From positions 1,984,001 through 2,043,343 of the forward strand of contig BCGN01000003.1 in NCBI GenBank assembly GCA_001599295.1: a stretch of DNA of 59,343 bases. The letters run 5' to 3'. This document shows, in pieces, positions 22,343-33,835 of this stretch. The first letter of the stretch is position 1. The number at the start of each line of letters is the position of its first letter. This DNA is from Sporopachydermia quercuum. Lineage: Eukaryota. The position numbers and the translations under genes are program-made. The notes below the pieces were generated by a model that made no database searches, had not been told where the DNA came from, and saw nothing but the letters and a program-made list of their open reading frames with translations.

Positions 22343-22668
22343 GGTGACCACAGCTTTCAGTCAGATCGTATGAAAACTGATGATCTTATAGATGTAAGTT
22401 ATTATGATACCATGTAGATGAAATGAAGCTGCTGAGAGGCTGAGAAGTTGGGAAGATGAAGATGAGTTTTAATAGCAAAAATCTGATTCACTTTGGTCCG
22501 ATCTGCTTCAGTCTGCTTCCACACACAATATATTCCGTCTTCTGCATTTCTTGGGCATGAAACAGTGATTTCAATAACGTCAAACCTAAAATTTCCCATA
22601 ATTGTATGATATATTCACAGTCATAAAGATCAATAAAGCATCAATGAATATTTCACCTCTCTCATAGT

Positions 22669-22679
22669 AAATTTTTTCA
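22669..22679 (-). promoter_or_regulatory. RRPE-like element upstream of RPC82
   Basis: Reverse strand reads TGAAAAAATTT, ~330 bp upstream of a Pol III subunit gene (ribosome-biogenesis regulon member in yeasts). Confidence 0.4.
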
Positions 22680-23218
22680 ATGCTAGAGTAAACCCTTCTG
22701 AGAGGATACGTGATGTTATTAATGGTATACGTGACAAACAAGGTTTGACAATGAGGATAAAAGGTTTTCGGGTGTGGGGGGTTTACAGGAGAGCAAAAGT
22801 ATGCAAGAGCTGATTTCAGTTATAGAGGGCGAGTCGCAAGACTGGAGTGGTTTGCGCATTACTATTGTGTTCTAGTAATTTGGTTCTCATCATACACATA
22901 CATTTTCACTATTGGAGAAGAAAATGCGTGAAAAAAGTTTTGATTAGTGTTTGAGAAATTGTGGATAGAATAGAGGATACTAGGATATTATAAGGTGAAG
23001 AACAGNGAATTTGCGGGAAAACTCTTTTTGTTGGTTTTAGTAGTTCAGGGTTATATTTCATTGAAAAGCGCTTGTAATAGGGCAACCAGTGTGAAGAACA
23101 TCAGTAGTTTGATACCTTGCCAGAGAGAAACTGTTAAAGCGCAGGAGACTTAAATTGAAGATACTTGTTAGGAAAATCATCAATTTAAGGCTTCAATTAA
23201 TCTCACCTAATATACGTT

Positions 23219-23659
23219 ATGTCAGTAAGTATTCCGAGACTGCACAATCATAAGTTAACAAGTTCACAATCAAATATTAACAATTGCAGTTCGTACCTAT
23301 TAATCCTAAGCCATTTCTTTTCGACTTAACTGGAAAACCAGTAAGCGTGAGACTAAAATGGGGAAATACTGAATATAGAGGCTTGCTTGTCTCTGTAGAC
23401 TCTTACATGAACATTCAATTAGATGATGCTGTGGAATATATAAACGGAGACAATAAGGGAATGTTGGGGGAATTGTTTATACGGTAAGTGTATCTTTGAG
23501 AATATGCGCTCCTTAAAACATTTTTTGCAGGATATAAAAGAAGAAAATGATATTTTTTGCATTTAATTGAGTACTAACGTTTTTAGATGTAACAATGTAC
23601 TATGGATTCGTGGAATTGAACCAGAAACCAAGGAGGAGGAAGATACGAAGATGGAATAA
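23219..23659 (+). CDS. SMX3: Sm core protein F, 3 exons, ~90 aa
   Basis: Exons 23219-23224 (ATGTCA), 23290-23483, 23587-23659. Introns GTAAGT...TATTAAC...CAG and GTAAGT...TACTAAC...TAG. Spliced product [43 protein letters not shown]...[14 protein letters not shown] is SmF. Confidence 0.93.
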
Positions 23660-24364
23660 TCGAGTAGAGTTCCTGAATGATTACATAGGAGAAGTTCGTG
23701 TACTATAGTGCGTGTATGATTAACTAATACAGCGACAACTGAAAAAATGAGATAACCATTAGATAATAATTATCAAAGCTTCATGTATAATCTATAAAAA
23801 AGAAATGAATGGCCTTTGATGGTACCTAACTATCTTACACGGTATCTACTTTGCCCTATCTACCAAACTAAATCAAAAAAGTCTTCCAAAAAATGCATTT
23901 AATACTTGATAATTTTGGCCCAACGACCTCTTCTATTACTTATTATCAATAAACATTCGTTCTTCTGTAGAATAAAACAAATATTCCATAGCAAATCTCA
24001 CATACCGATTCTATATTTTTTTCCACCATCCCATAACAGGTTATTTTGTTATAAATATGAGGAGACCCAATGTTGGTTTGACCCATTTTCTGTTATTGTT
24101 CACTCTGTTTTTCAATCACAAGGATCAGATAAATAAGGTAGATTCTCTTGTCCCTCTTTTCCTTTCTAAACTATTATTGAATAAACCGTTTGCCAGCGGT
24201 GATCAATGGTATGAGGAGATTATCATTGCAAATGATACTAGACTATTTTTTCTTGTAACAGCTTGACATTCTATTCAAATCTCTGGTCCAAAATAGCCAT
24301 CATTTACAATTAACAATACTGGCGATTACNTTATAAACTGAGTTGAAGTGTCTATTGATTCATA

Positions 24365-25727
24365 ATGGCTGACAGCGAGATAATAAATCAGCCCGCAGTC
24401 CAGAACGAGATTGATTTTGGTGAAGATGATGAAATGATGGATATTGAGCCACCAGAGGCAGCACTTGAGGAATCAGCTTATCCATCTGACGCTTTCCATA
24501 CTACTTCTAATGCTACTGCTGATATCAAACCCGAAGAAGGAGACAATGTGGTACGTTAAGTCATTCGCCTTGTTTAATGATAGTTGGAGATGGAGCTATT
24601 CATATTAATTTGATACTGAAAACACTGCTTGCAGTATCAACGTGTTATTTATATTCTAAATACTAACAAACAAGCAGGATAAAACATTACGTGAAGAAGC
24701 ATTAAACTTACAAGGAGTTGACGACTTATCAACAAAGGATGTGAAAAACTATGTCAAAGAAATTCTGGGACAAAAATCCCTTTTCAGTTTAGAATGGGTG
24801 AACGATACTTCTATCAACATTGTATTTGATACTATCAGCGATGCCAGTGATGCATTAAACCGGTTAACATCTGAAGCTGTATATTACGATGCAGAAGCAT
24901 CAGATCTCACTCAAAGTTCTTTGAGACCAGCTAAACCTATTCCCGAGCATCTGAATAACCAATTATTTATACGAACTGCTTTTATTTCTGACAAAAAAGT
25001 GCCACGTGCCCGGGAAAGATCGCGATACTATTTATTGCATGGGGAGCCTAAAGAACCTCATATCGACAGAAGCTTGCGGAGACCAGATACGCGAGCACCA
25101 AAGAGGGTAGCCGACTCAATAGATGATTCTATTGACCTCTTCCCCGCGCTAGCTGAAAACAAAGGTAAAGGCAGTAGCAATGGTGATGATAACAATGACG
25201 ATGACTTGTTTCCAGAGCTAGCTGGTAAGTCAAAGGAGAAAAGCAATAGTAATGGTGTATCAGGATTAAAGTCCGAGTCGTTAGCTGATCGTGTTGATAC
25301 TACCCTGTCATCTCGTATCAAACTGAACTCTTCAGGCAAGTGGAAATCGGATTTTGATTCCCTAGCTGCTGATGATAAAAAAAGCACTGCATCTAGTTAC
25401 CGTGGTACCAATAGAGGTAATGACGATGATGATGATGATGATGATGATGATGATCTGTTTCCTAATATTAGGGACAGAAATACAAGAAGAAATCTCGCTG
25501 AGATAATTGATAACCCAAGAAGAGAGCGTTCAAGGTCTCCTGAAAGTAATGAAAGAGCATCTTTGGCCGATAGAATCAGTCGCAATAGAGATGATAGTCA
25601 CGGCCAAGGAGGTCGACGTCTAGAAGATTTGTTTGGTAAAGGATTCACCAATGATAAGTCTAGAAATGATGGATCTGCAGGTAGAAGAAGAAGGAGAAAA
25701 AACAAAGCTCATGAGCTATTTAATTAA
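24365..25727 (+). CDS. NCBP3/DUF2414-family RRM-like protein, 2 exons, ~411 aa
   Basis: Exons 24365-24550 and 24678-25727; intron GTACGT...TACTAAC...AAGCAG. The join gives EALNLQGVDDLSTKDVKNYV...LEWVNDTSINIVF...SDKKVPRARERSRYYLLH, the fungal NCBP3 pattern; DLFP repeats and a poly-Asp tract follow. Confidence 0.82.
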
Positions 25728-26381
25728 TGTGAGTTTTGATATAATGCTATGTGGGGGAGATGGTGAATAGCAGTAAAAATGTTTCTATAATGTGTACAAT
25801 AAATGAAGAATTGAGTTTTTGTAAGAGCACTAAGGTTACTGGTACATGTAAGAATCGTATAAGTTGTGTGCTTATACATGAGACTGCAGGAAGAAATAGA
25901 AGTTCTCCAGAGACTATACCACTCAGCAATAGTACGAATCTAGTTTTAAATACAGAATATTTATTTTTAGTGATACATTTCAAAACAAATGTCATACCAT
26001 TTTGTTCTTAACTTCTTATTGCTTTTCTTTGTTGCCGTATATCCCTTCAAACTTCCAAGTTTTTCGAACAACAGGCCAACCGTTTATGCAAGAGTATGCA
26101 AATCCCTGCAGCTTTGAAATCTCCTTCCCATGAACCAAGGCATCTCCTACTTCATTTTCTGCCTTTCTGTCATTATTTTCCAACTCTCCAAAAATTGAAC
26201 TCTGCACCATAATGTCTGAAATAACTATATAGAAAGCTATATTCTTCTAATCATGCCATTTCCTTCATAAATCCATAGCCTCAAATCCCCTTCTTTTGCT
26301 CATATTTCCCTTGTATTTCTCTTCCCTTTTAGTCTCTTGAATCGTACCCCATAATTTCCTTTTCCAGAAATACCAGTAAAG

Positions 26382-26391
26382 TGAAAAATTT
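26382..26391 (+). promoter_or_regulatory. RRPE element upstream of NOC3
   Basis: TGAAAAATTT ~160 bp upstream of a ribosome-biogenesis gene. Confidence 0.6.
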
Positions 26392-26551
26392 CTTGAAAAT
26401 CCAGCTAATTTTCTTTTGTGTGGGAAAAATATCAATTATCTAAGTATCAACAGATTTATGCCATATAATTCAGCTCCTGAACTCGTTTGAACGCATATTA
26501 CGTGTTAGAATATACGTAGAAACACTCTATTGCTTTCAGGTTTTCTTCGCG

Positions 26552-28690
26552 ATGGGTAATGCCAACAAAGCAGCTAAATCTAAGAAACAGCAGCTGAAGC
26601 TGAAAGCCCTAGAAGCTCAGGATCGGGAGCTTCTCGGATCGGGATTTTCACATCTTGGAGACGTTTCAAAGCTTGCCGAGCTTGCAGATATTGGTCCGGA
26701 AAAAGAAGTCAATGACTGGGACAACGCAGAACAGGATTATGAATTGCGGCCTCGGAAAGCGAAAAGAACCCGAGATGACGACAAGGAAGATGTGACGGAA
26801 GGTTTACCTATCATCACCAAAGATGGGATCAGAAGAACAGTGAAAAGAGTAGAGAAAAAAGCTAAAATCGAAAAGGAGGAAGAAAATGCGGAGAAGGATA
26901 GTAAAAGCGAAAATTATGATGATGATTCTGCTGAGAATGGGTCTTTAGCAGAAGACCAATCTGCTTCTGCTTCTGCTTCAGTCACCCTTGAAGATGATGA
27001 TGTGAAACACAGTTTATCGTTAGAGGAAAGAATCTTCAAAACCAAAGAAGAGATTGCAGTAATAGTTGAGAAATTGAACGAAAATCCAGAGGAAAATATA
27101 TCCCAGCTGACCAAATTGCTTCGTATGACGGACATTTCTACTTTTTCCATCAAAAAGCTTGTTATTCTATCGTTGGTACCAGTACTCAAAAGCTTGATTC
27201 CTGGGTACTGGATTAGACCTCTGACAGAGCAAGAAATGAAGGAAAAAGTGTCTAAAGATGTAAAAGTACTTAGAAACTTTGAAAACGTGCTGGTGAGAAA
27301 TTATAAAGAGTATATAACACTTCTCTCCCAGATTATATCAACAGCTCATCGTATGAAGAGCCAAAAGATCATCAGGCCTGCAGACGATCTTAAGAGACAA
27401 AGAATGGTTGTTTTAATGAATATAAGTATTGCATCAGCTTGTGAGCTTCTATCGCAGTTCTATTATTTTAATTATAATACCGAGTTAATTCAAATCCTCG
27501 TGAGAAAAATTGATCGCGGTAAGTCAAATATTGATAAATTCTACTGGAAGTGTATTGAGACTTTGGAAGAGCTGTTACAAGCTGATGTAGATCGTGGTGG
27601 AGAAGTTAGCAAGGAAATCCTACGTCAAATAGCGAAAATGCTCAAGCAGCGGAAATACCTTGTTGATGAAAGTGTGATCAATCTATTCCTTTCATTGGCT
27701 GTGCTGTATGACTACGATCCCGAATCATCGGGCAAAGAAGACGAAGCCTCCAAAGTGAAGTTGAAGAAGAAAGACCGAGTACATTTAAGCAAAAAGGAAA
27801 GGAAAAATAGAAAGGAAGTAAAGCTGATTGAAGAAGAGTATCGGAAAGCAGAAACGGCTGTTTCAATAGAACAAACAATCCGAAACCAAGCCGAGATTTT
27901 GAAAACGCTATTGGTTACTTATTTGAACATATTGAAAGATGGCAACACAAACCTTTTAGCTGCTGTTTTGGAAGGATTAGCAAGATTCGGCCATTTGGCA
28001 AATGCTGAACTTCTGGGTGATTTCTTGGCTATTCTGAAAGAGCTTATTGATCAGTCGACTGTTGAAGAGAATATATCTGGTGATGCGTTAAAGAGGACAA
28101 TGCTGTGTATTGTTACTGCTTGTTCTATAATGGTGAAACAGACTCAGTTCAAGATTCCTATTGATCTCACTTTGTTTATCAACAAGCTCTATTCTATAAT
28201 ATACTATATATCTCTTGATGCTGAGATTGAATTGTCTAATAAGACTCTTCGGTTGGCTGACCCTCTAACAGAATCAACTACGAGATCTCTGATGAAGGAG
28301 TCAATGGTTAACAAGAGCACCAAAATAGAAGTGTTTATTCGTTCCTTGGATCATATATTCTTTGTTTTAACTAGGGGAAACCAGTCAACTGTTCGTGTTG
28401 AAGCTTTCACGAAGTGTCTGGCAACAGCAGTGCTGCAACTGCCTGAGAAATCGGCAATAGTTATTCTACGATTTATAGAGAAGCTGCAGAACAGATATTC
28501 TGCTATTAATGGGTTGTTTTCTACCGAAGATCGAGTTATGAATGGAGTTTTCAATCCTGAGGCAGATACACCAGAAAGCAGCAATGCATCTGCTGCTACT
28601 TTATGGGAAATGGTTGTATTGACCAAGCATTATTCGCCGGCGGTGATGAAATCTGTGACAGGGCTTGTTTCGAGGTCAAAGCAAACTTAG
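26552..28690 (+). CDS. NOC3: Nucleolar complex protein Noc3 (60S biogenesis, CBF/Mak21 domain)
   Basis: EQDYELRPRK, GLPI, KEEIA...ENPEENI, LIPGYWIRPLTEQE..EKVSKDV, KKKDRVHLSKKERK, LEGLARFGHLANAELLGDFL, ATLWE..L.KHY. Confidence 0.93.
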   Translation: MGNANKAAKSKKQQLKLKALEAQDRELLGSGFSHLGDVSKLAELADIGPEKEVNDWDNAEQDYELRPRKAKRTRDDDKEDVTEGLPIITKDGIRRTVKRVEKKAKIEKEEENAEKDSKSENYDDDSAENGSLAEDQSASASASVTLEDDDVKHSLSLEERIFKTKEEIAVIVEKLNENPEENISQLTKLLRMTDISTFSIKKLVILSLVPVLKSLIPGYWIRPLTEQEMKEKVSKDVKVLRNFENVLVRNYKEYITLLSQIISTAHRMKSQKIIRPADDLKRQRMVVLMNISIASACELLSQFYYFNYNTELIQILVRKIDRGKSNIDKFYWKCIETLEELLQADVDRGGEVSKEILRQIAKMLKQRKYLVDESVINLFLSLAVLYDYDPESSGKEDEASKVKLKKKDRVHLSKKERKNRKEVKLIEEEYRKAETAVSIEQTIRNQAEILKTLLVTYLNILKDGNTNLLAAVLEGLARFGHLANAELLGDFLAILKELIDQSTVEENISGDALKRTMLCIVTACSIMVKQTQFKIPIDLTLFINKLYSIIYYISLDAEIELSNKTLRLADPLTESTTRSLMKESMVNKSTKIEVFIRSLDHIFFVLTRGNQSTVRVEAFTKCLATAVLQLPEKSAIVILRFIEKLQNRYSAINGLFSTEDRVMNGVFNPEADTPESSNASAATLWEMVVLTKHYSPAVMKSVTGLVSRSKQT

Positions 28691-29567
28691 GAAAATAAGA
28701 GAAAGAGAATAATACAGTATATGTGATATGTATATATAGAACCAGAAGAGATGGAAAAGATGGAATAGATGGTATACTGCTTTTTGTAAGGTTACATAAC
28801 ATCGATATTATTATATATCACAGAGTATCATAATAGTGTAATATTATAAGAGCACTCGTATTCATTCAATGTTCATTTAATGTTAATTCATGTATATTTA
28901 ATATTCATTTAATTGATATTCATTCAATAATACTCAACTGTAATCCATAATAGATAAGTAATATCATTTAGTAATTACGAAAGATCGCAGGAAATATGTC
29001 ATATAATGCATTATCTGTCAGTCAACTTACTATTCAGTTTGTATAATAATTCATTAGAAACCCGAAAAGCAGCAAGAATATTTGGATCTCCTTATAGTTG
29101 GATTGCTTATACGTACGAATAAGCTTGATGATATTAATAAAGTATGTTCTAATACATTGTATTCATTTCTCAAAATACTCTCGATTCCGCAAGCACATCC
29201 ATCAATGAAAAATATTATTGCCATCGTTATTGATATAGGTAATACAACAAATACTATTGGCTAATTTGCACTAGGGAGCACATAGCAAACAGTAATGAAA
29301 TTCTACTTACGCATATAGGTAGTTTTTCCCATGAAGGGAAGAGAAAGCTATTCATTATATTCATACCTTCTGTTATGCTCTCTCTTAATTTTTCAGGTTC
29401 TTCATATTTTTACCTATTCTTACCTAGCAGTAAAGGTAGTATAATCTTAGTATTTCCACTACCCTTGATTCATTGGACTATTTTCTATATACATTTTCCC
29501 CATTCTCCAAGATTTCTCCTCCACAATCCTTTGTTTCCTCAACTTCCTTGATTTCCTCTTTCTCCAC

Positions 29568-30251
29568 TTATTTGAAATCAACACTAGAGAAATCCATCTC
29601 AGGATGTTGTTCCTTGAACTTCTCAAACATCTTCATCCGGTTTATCTCTTCTGACGTTGGGAGTCCTGCTTGTTTTTGCCTCTGATCAAACATCATTTTT
29701 TCTACCATAGCACGAGTTTCGCCGTCCAAATCGCTCAGTTTGGAGTTCTCAGGCTCTAGATTCTGAACATTGATCTTCGGTGCTGATGTGACTATATGAG
29801 GCCACCATTGAGGAGATGTGGCTTTAAGTAAGGTGATGGATAGCTCTTTGGTATCGATGATACTCCATGTGGAATCGTCTGTGATGATTGGAGCAAACAG
29901 TGGGCCCTCAATTACTGGTAGGGAAGCCTTTATACCAGCTTTTATGCTGTCTGAAGATATGGTGATGTCCATTTGTTTGGCTCGCGTGCCTTCAGGCACG
30001 GGGAACGTGATTGTAATCTCTTCCAGAGTTTGAGACCATTTGTAAGGTAAAGCTGAATTGTTAGTATGAAAAGGTAGAGTAAATGGCTATAAAAAGGAAT
30101 TTTTCATTGGTAGAAAAACAATCATGTGGTAGCTGTTTGATAGATGCGTTGCAGCTTTGTAGATGATATAGGTATACAATCAGTACATACCTTCTTGTTC
30201 GGCAGCTTCTTTTGCCTTTTCTTCAGCAGTAGGAACATGTGGTTCGGACAT
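29568..30251 (-). CDS. nudC: Nuclear movement protein NudC (CS/p23 domain co-chaperone), 2 exons, ~181 aa
   Basis: Exons 30251-30191 and 30052-29568; intron GTATGT...TACTAAC...CAG (30190-30053). Product ...EQEALPYKWSQTLEE...WWPHIVTSAPKI...PENSKLSDLDGETRAMVEKMMFDQRQK...FKEQHPEMDFS. Confidence 0.92.
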
Positions 30252-30797
30252 CTTGTAAATATTATGCTGATGATTTGATGATGTTATTGATTGGATTGAT
30301 TGTTTCTAACACGAAGTTGTACTTCATAATTAAAATAGTAGGAGAAATCGCAGAGCAGAAGAGAAAGAATCGATTAGAAGGCCAAAAATATTCCGGAGAT
30401 TATGATATAATATCGGATATTATAACGGGAAAATTTGGGTTTTCCGGAAATATTGGAACAATGTCGGATAATATAGTATTTACGGAAATAATGATCAAAA
30501 TTCAACACAGAGTCCAAACACTATGTCAAGCTACAAAGAGCGATGAAATAAGACACTCATAAATATATAAAACGTCAATTATACCTATAAACTCAAGGAG
30601 TACTCGAATCAACATATAGTGTGTGTTTCCTACTAGCTATTGCTAGCCATCAAGTGGAATATCAATTGTTTAACACTCTTATTCCTAGGAAACACTTCCC
30701 CACTTTCTAACATTTCCGTAAAACAAAAAAAATCCCCCAAATATTTCTTAATCAAAAGTGTTTCCCTCATGCTTTGGATTCCATAGAAACGATACTT

Positions 30798-31319
30798 TTA
30801 AACTGAAATGCTCTTCAAATACTCTTGACGGTATTTATTCTCGTCATTTGGCCTATTAAAGGCAACCCACTTAGGTTCGTCTTTGAAGAGTCTCAAAGCT
30901 TTAACGTAGTTTTCACTCGTTAGTGTAAAACGATGATAGATTCCTGCAGGTAAAATAAGTAAATCTCCCTTTTCGACTTTGCATCTTATCCATTTATCGT
31001 TCTTATCTCTGACATCAAAGAATCCTTCACCGTCAAGAATGTATCTGATTTCCTCATCTTCATGTAAATGTTCTTCGAAGAAAACCTCAAGCTTCTCTTT
31101 CAATGCCTGTTCTGATGGGAATGTTTCATTGCTTAAAACAATGACATCTCTGTGCTTATAATGACGTTCAACGGCAACAGTTTCAACCTCTTTTTGATCT
31201 GGGAAGTGAAAGGCCAAAACTCCAATTTTACCTAACTCTGCGTGATCAACGTCTTCTCCAGAATTGTGATCCAATCGGAAGTCAGTGGAGTAATCGTCGT
31301 CGTGATAATAAACATGCAT
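30798..31319 (-). CDS. ADI1: Acireductone dioxygenase (methionine salvage)
   Basis: FFEEHLHEDEEIRYILDGEGFFDVR, GDLLILPAGIYHRFT, ALRLFKDEPKWVAFNR. Confidence 0.95.
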   Translation of the reverse strand: MHVYYHDDDYSTDFRLDHNSGEDVDHAELGKIGVLAFHFPDQKEVETVAVERHYKHRDVIVLSNETFPSEQALKEKLEVFFEEHLHEDEEIRYILDGEGFFDVRDKNDKWIRCKVEKGDLLILPAGIYHRFTLTSENYVKALRLFKDEPKWVAFNRPNDENKYRQEYLKSISV

Positions 31320-31518
31320 TTTGTTGATATCTTAGCTGTGGCTGATGATAGATAGATAGCAAAAATTGAAACGCTCAATAGTAAATCTACTGATTGCCTT
31401 GTACCAATTTTCTCATAAGCGTAAATTGTTGGTTAAAGTAGCTGATATTGAGGGCAAGAAAGTAAAACAAATCAGCCCAAATGCAAGAAGTTTTCAAATA
31501 TCTTTGGTAGATAGCGTA

Positions 31519-31552
31519 TCACGTGAATTTGATTAATTCTGCGCCACAGTTT
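31519..31552 (-). promoter_or_regulatory. Cbf1-type E-box plus Met31/Met32-type site upstream of ADI1
   Basis: TCACGTGA at 31519-31526 and CCACAGTTT at 31544-31552 (reverse strand AAACTGTGGC). Confidence 0.65.
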
Positions 31553-32417
31553 GATATTCCTGAGCACATGGTGTGGCTTAGGAAAACAGTCAAAGGGTAT
31601 CATCTTGATTAAAGATTACCCGGAGAGACATAGGTATCGAGACTGAAAACATGTATGCATATTCATGCATAATTAGAAACTCAAACATAAAGCTGTTTGT
31701 GGTCACAGCCAATCACGGCTTATATTTATAAGATTAATGAAGAGAAGCAATGTAGTGACATGCATAGTAGTGTACTGACATAGGATGTGAGTGAACATTG
31801 TATGGAACAATTGTGCAAGAGTATTATGATATAAGTGACTGAAACTAGGGCGTACTTGGGCTGAAAACAATAAAAACATAGACAAAATTTGCAATTAATA
31901 TAAGTAACAATAAACATACACCCTTTTTTCTAGAATTCCTCAAAATATCACACTTTTTCAGCTGAGGTACTTCAATTTCGCATTCTCACCGTCATGCAGT
32001 TTGAATGCACTATCCTCTCAACTTGCATGAANACATCTACTCCATCCTGCGATCTCTAAGCATCATTACTTCCACATTTCATCCAATTTTCAGCTAATTT
32101 CCACATTTTTTTCAATCCCCAAGTATCATTCTGTTATTACCTATCAAAATACCAATTCCTCTTCTCCAGGTTTACCTGCTTTCTCCCAAATTTGCCTCAT
32201 CTTCCTCTTTTCCATCATCTCCGGAACACCCCACTAGAATCTTTCCACTTCCCCTTGACAAAACCGTTTGCCTAAATTCTTGCCTAGCTTTAAACCTTAT
32301 TTCAAGTGGTCCGTTTCTTTCCTCTTTCCTCGTTTGTTCATTGGCTTTCGCTTTGGAAACTTTTACACCCGACAGCAATTTGTCTTCCTTGACAGAAAGA
32401 TGGACTGAAAGAAGCAT

Positions 32418-32456
32418 TATATATATATATACATTTATTTATTTATTTATTTATTT
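32418..32456. repeat. (TA)n followed by (TTTA)n microsatellite upstream of QCR2
   Basis: tatatatatatatacatttatttatttatttatttattt read directly. Confidence 0.75.
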
Positions 32457-32753
32457 GGATGTGAATATTTGTATATAACAACGGAGAAATTAATAGCTGT
32501 AACTAAGGGTAGAAAGGGCTAATAAGCAGTTTTATCTGTTAGATTGAAATTATTTCTTTTGATTGTTTTCGCTTTCGCACTCGCATTCGCATTAGTTGAA
32601 ATCAAAAACAGTATAGAATATTTAATTATTATTCTTTATTGGCCAAAAGATCATCGACATCAAGATAAAGATAAAGAAAGGACTAGAAAAGCAATAGTTT
32701 TCAAAGTATGTTAAAATGAGTAGTAGATTTTTGTTTAGTTAATGGTTGATGAT

Positions 32754-32793
32754 TGATATGTGATATGTGATATGTGATATGTGATACGTGATA
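32754..32793. repeat. Heptamer tandem repeat (TGATATG) x~5
   Basis: Four perfect TGATATG copies plus TGATACG and a partial copy; lies inside the putative QCR2 5'-UTR intron. Confidence 0.8.
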
Positions 32794-33835
32794 ATTGATA
32801 GTTGATATGGCATGTGAATGAGATGATTGATGAATTGATGATGTGTTGATTGAGAGAGAGGAGGAGGATGAAAACGAAGAAGAAAAGAGGGAAAGAAGAA
32901 ACAGAGCAACAAATGATTGTTGACAGTAAATTTGATATTGGAGAACAAGAGAGTAGAATGTGTCGAGCTGCTGAAGGAACGAAACAACTGGAAACTGAAA
33001 GTAGAAGTGGAAGTAAAATGTGGGAAACGGAAAGTGAAAATGAGATTAAGCTAGTAGCTTTTGGTACAAGCTGTCAGAAGTTGTCAGAAGCCTTTGGTAT
33101 CGAATGAATTAGAATTATCGACAGTGAATGATAGAATCTATGAAACATCTTTCCTGAATATCAAAGGATCACAGGATATCAAAGGGTCAAAGGATTCATA
33201 GGATTATGGACGCAGGTATTGAACACGGGTTAATCATATGGAAGATAGTATACCAATGGTTATCTCATTAATCATATCAGCTGCTTCAAATGAATATCCC
33301 AAAAATGTTAATGATCTGTCGATTAATATTATATGCCATAACATATGAACTGTGACCTATTTTGAAGCCTTACTCGAGAGCTTTGTTCTACATTAAAATG
33401 ACTCAACCAAAGCAAAGAAGCGTCATTTCTGCTTGTCAAACAATAATGAGATAGCTGTGAAAGTCATCTATGTCGATAATGACACTGTTTTTATTTGAAT
33501 AGTGGACTTATCTTCGTTCCTGTTCATTCTATTCATAGTGTTGACCAGCGATAATCATAACTCCTAATGACACTTGAATCACCACTCCAGTAGCTTAGTT
33601 TTCACGATGATATCTGAAATATACAGACTATAGACTGTATGAAGTATGGCACATGTGTTAGTTATTCGCTCAAAATATTTCCATCATATTGTCTCTTATG
33701 CAATATAACACTGTCATTCACCAAATCGATCAATCAATCGTCAATCATCTCATCTGAATTATTCACTAAACACTATTCTCTATTTTCTATTTTCTAATCC
33801 CTAATCATTATCCTTATGATACTAACAGTTAATAG

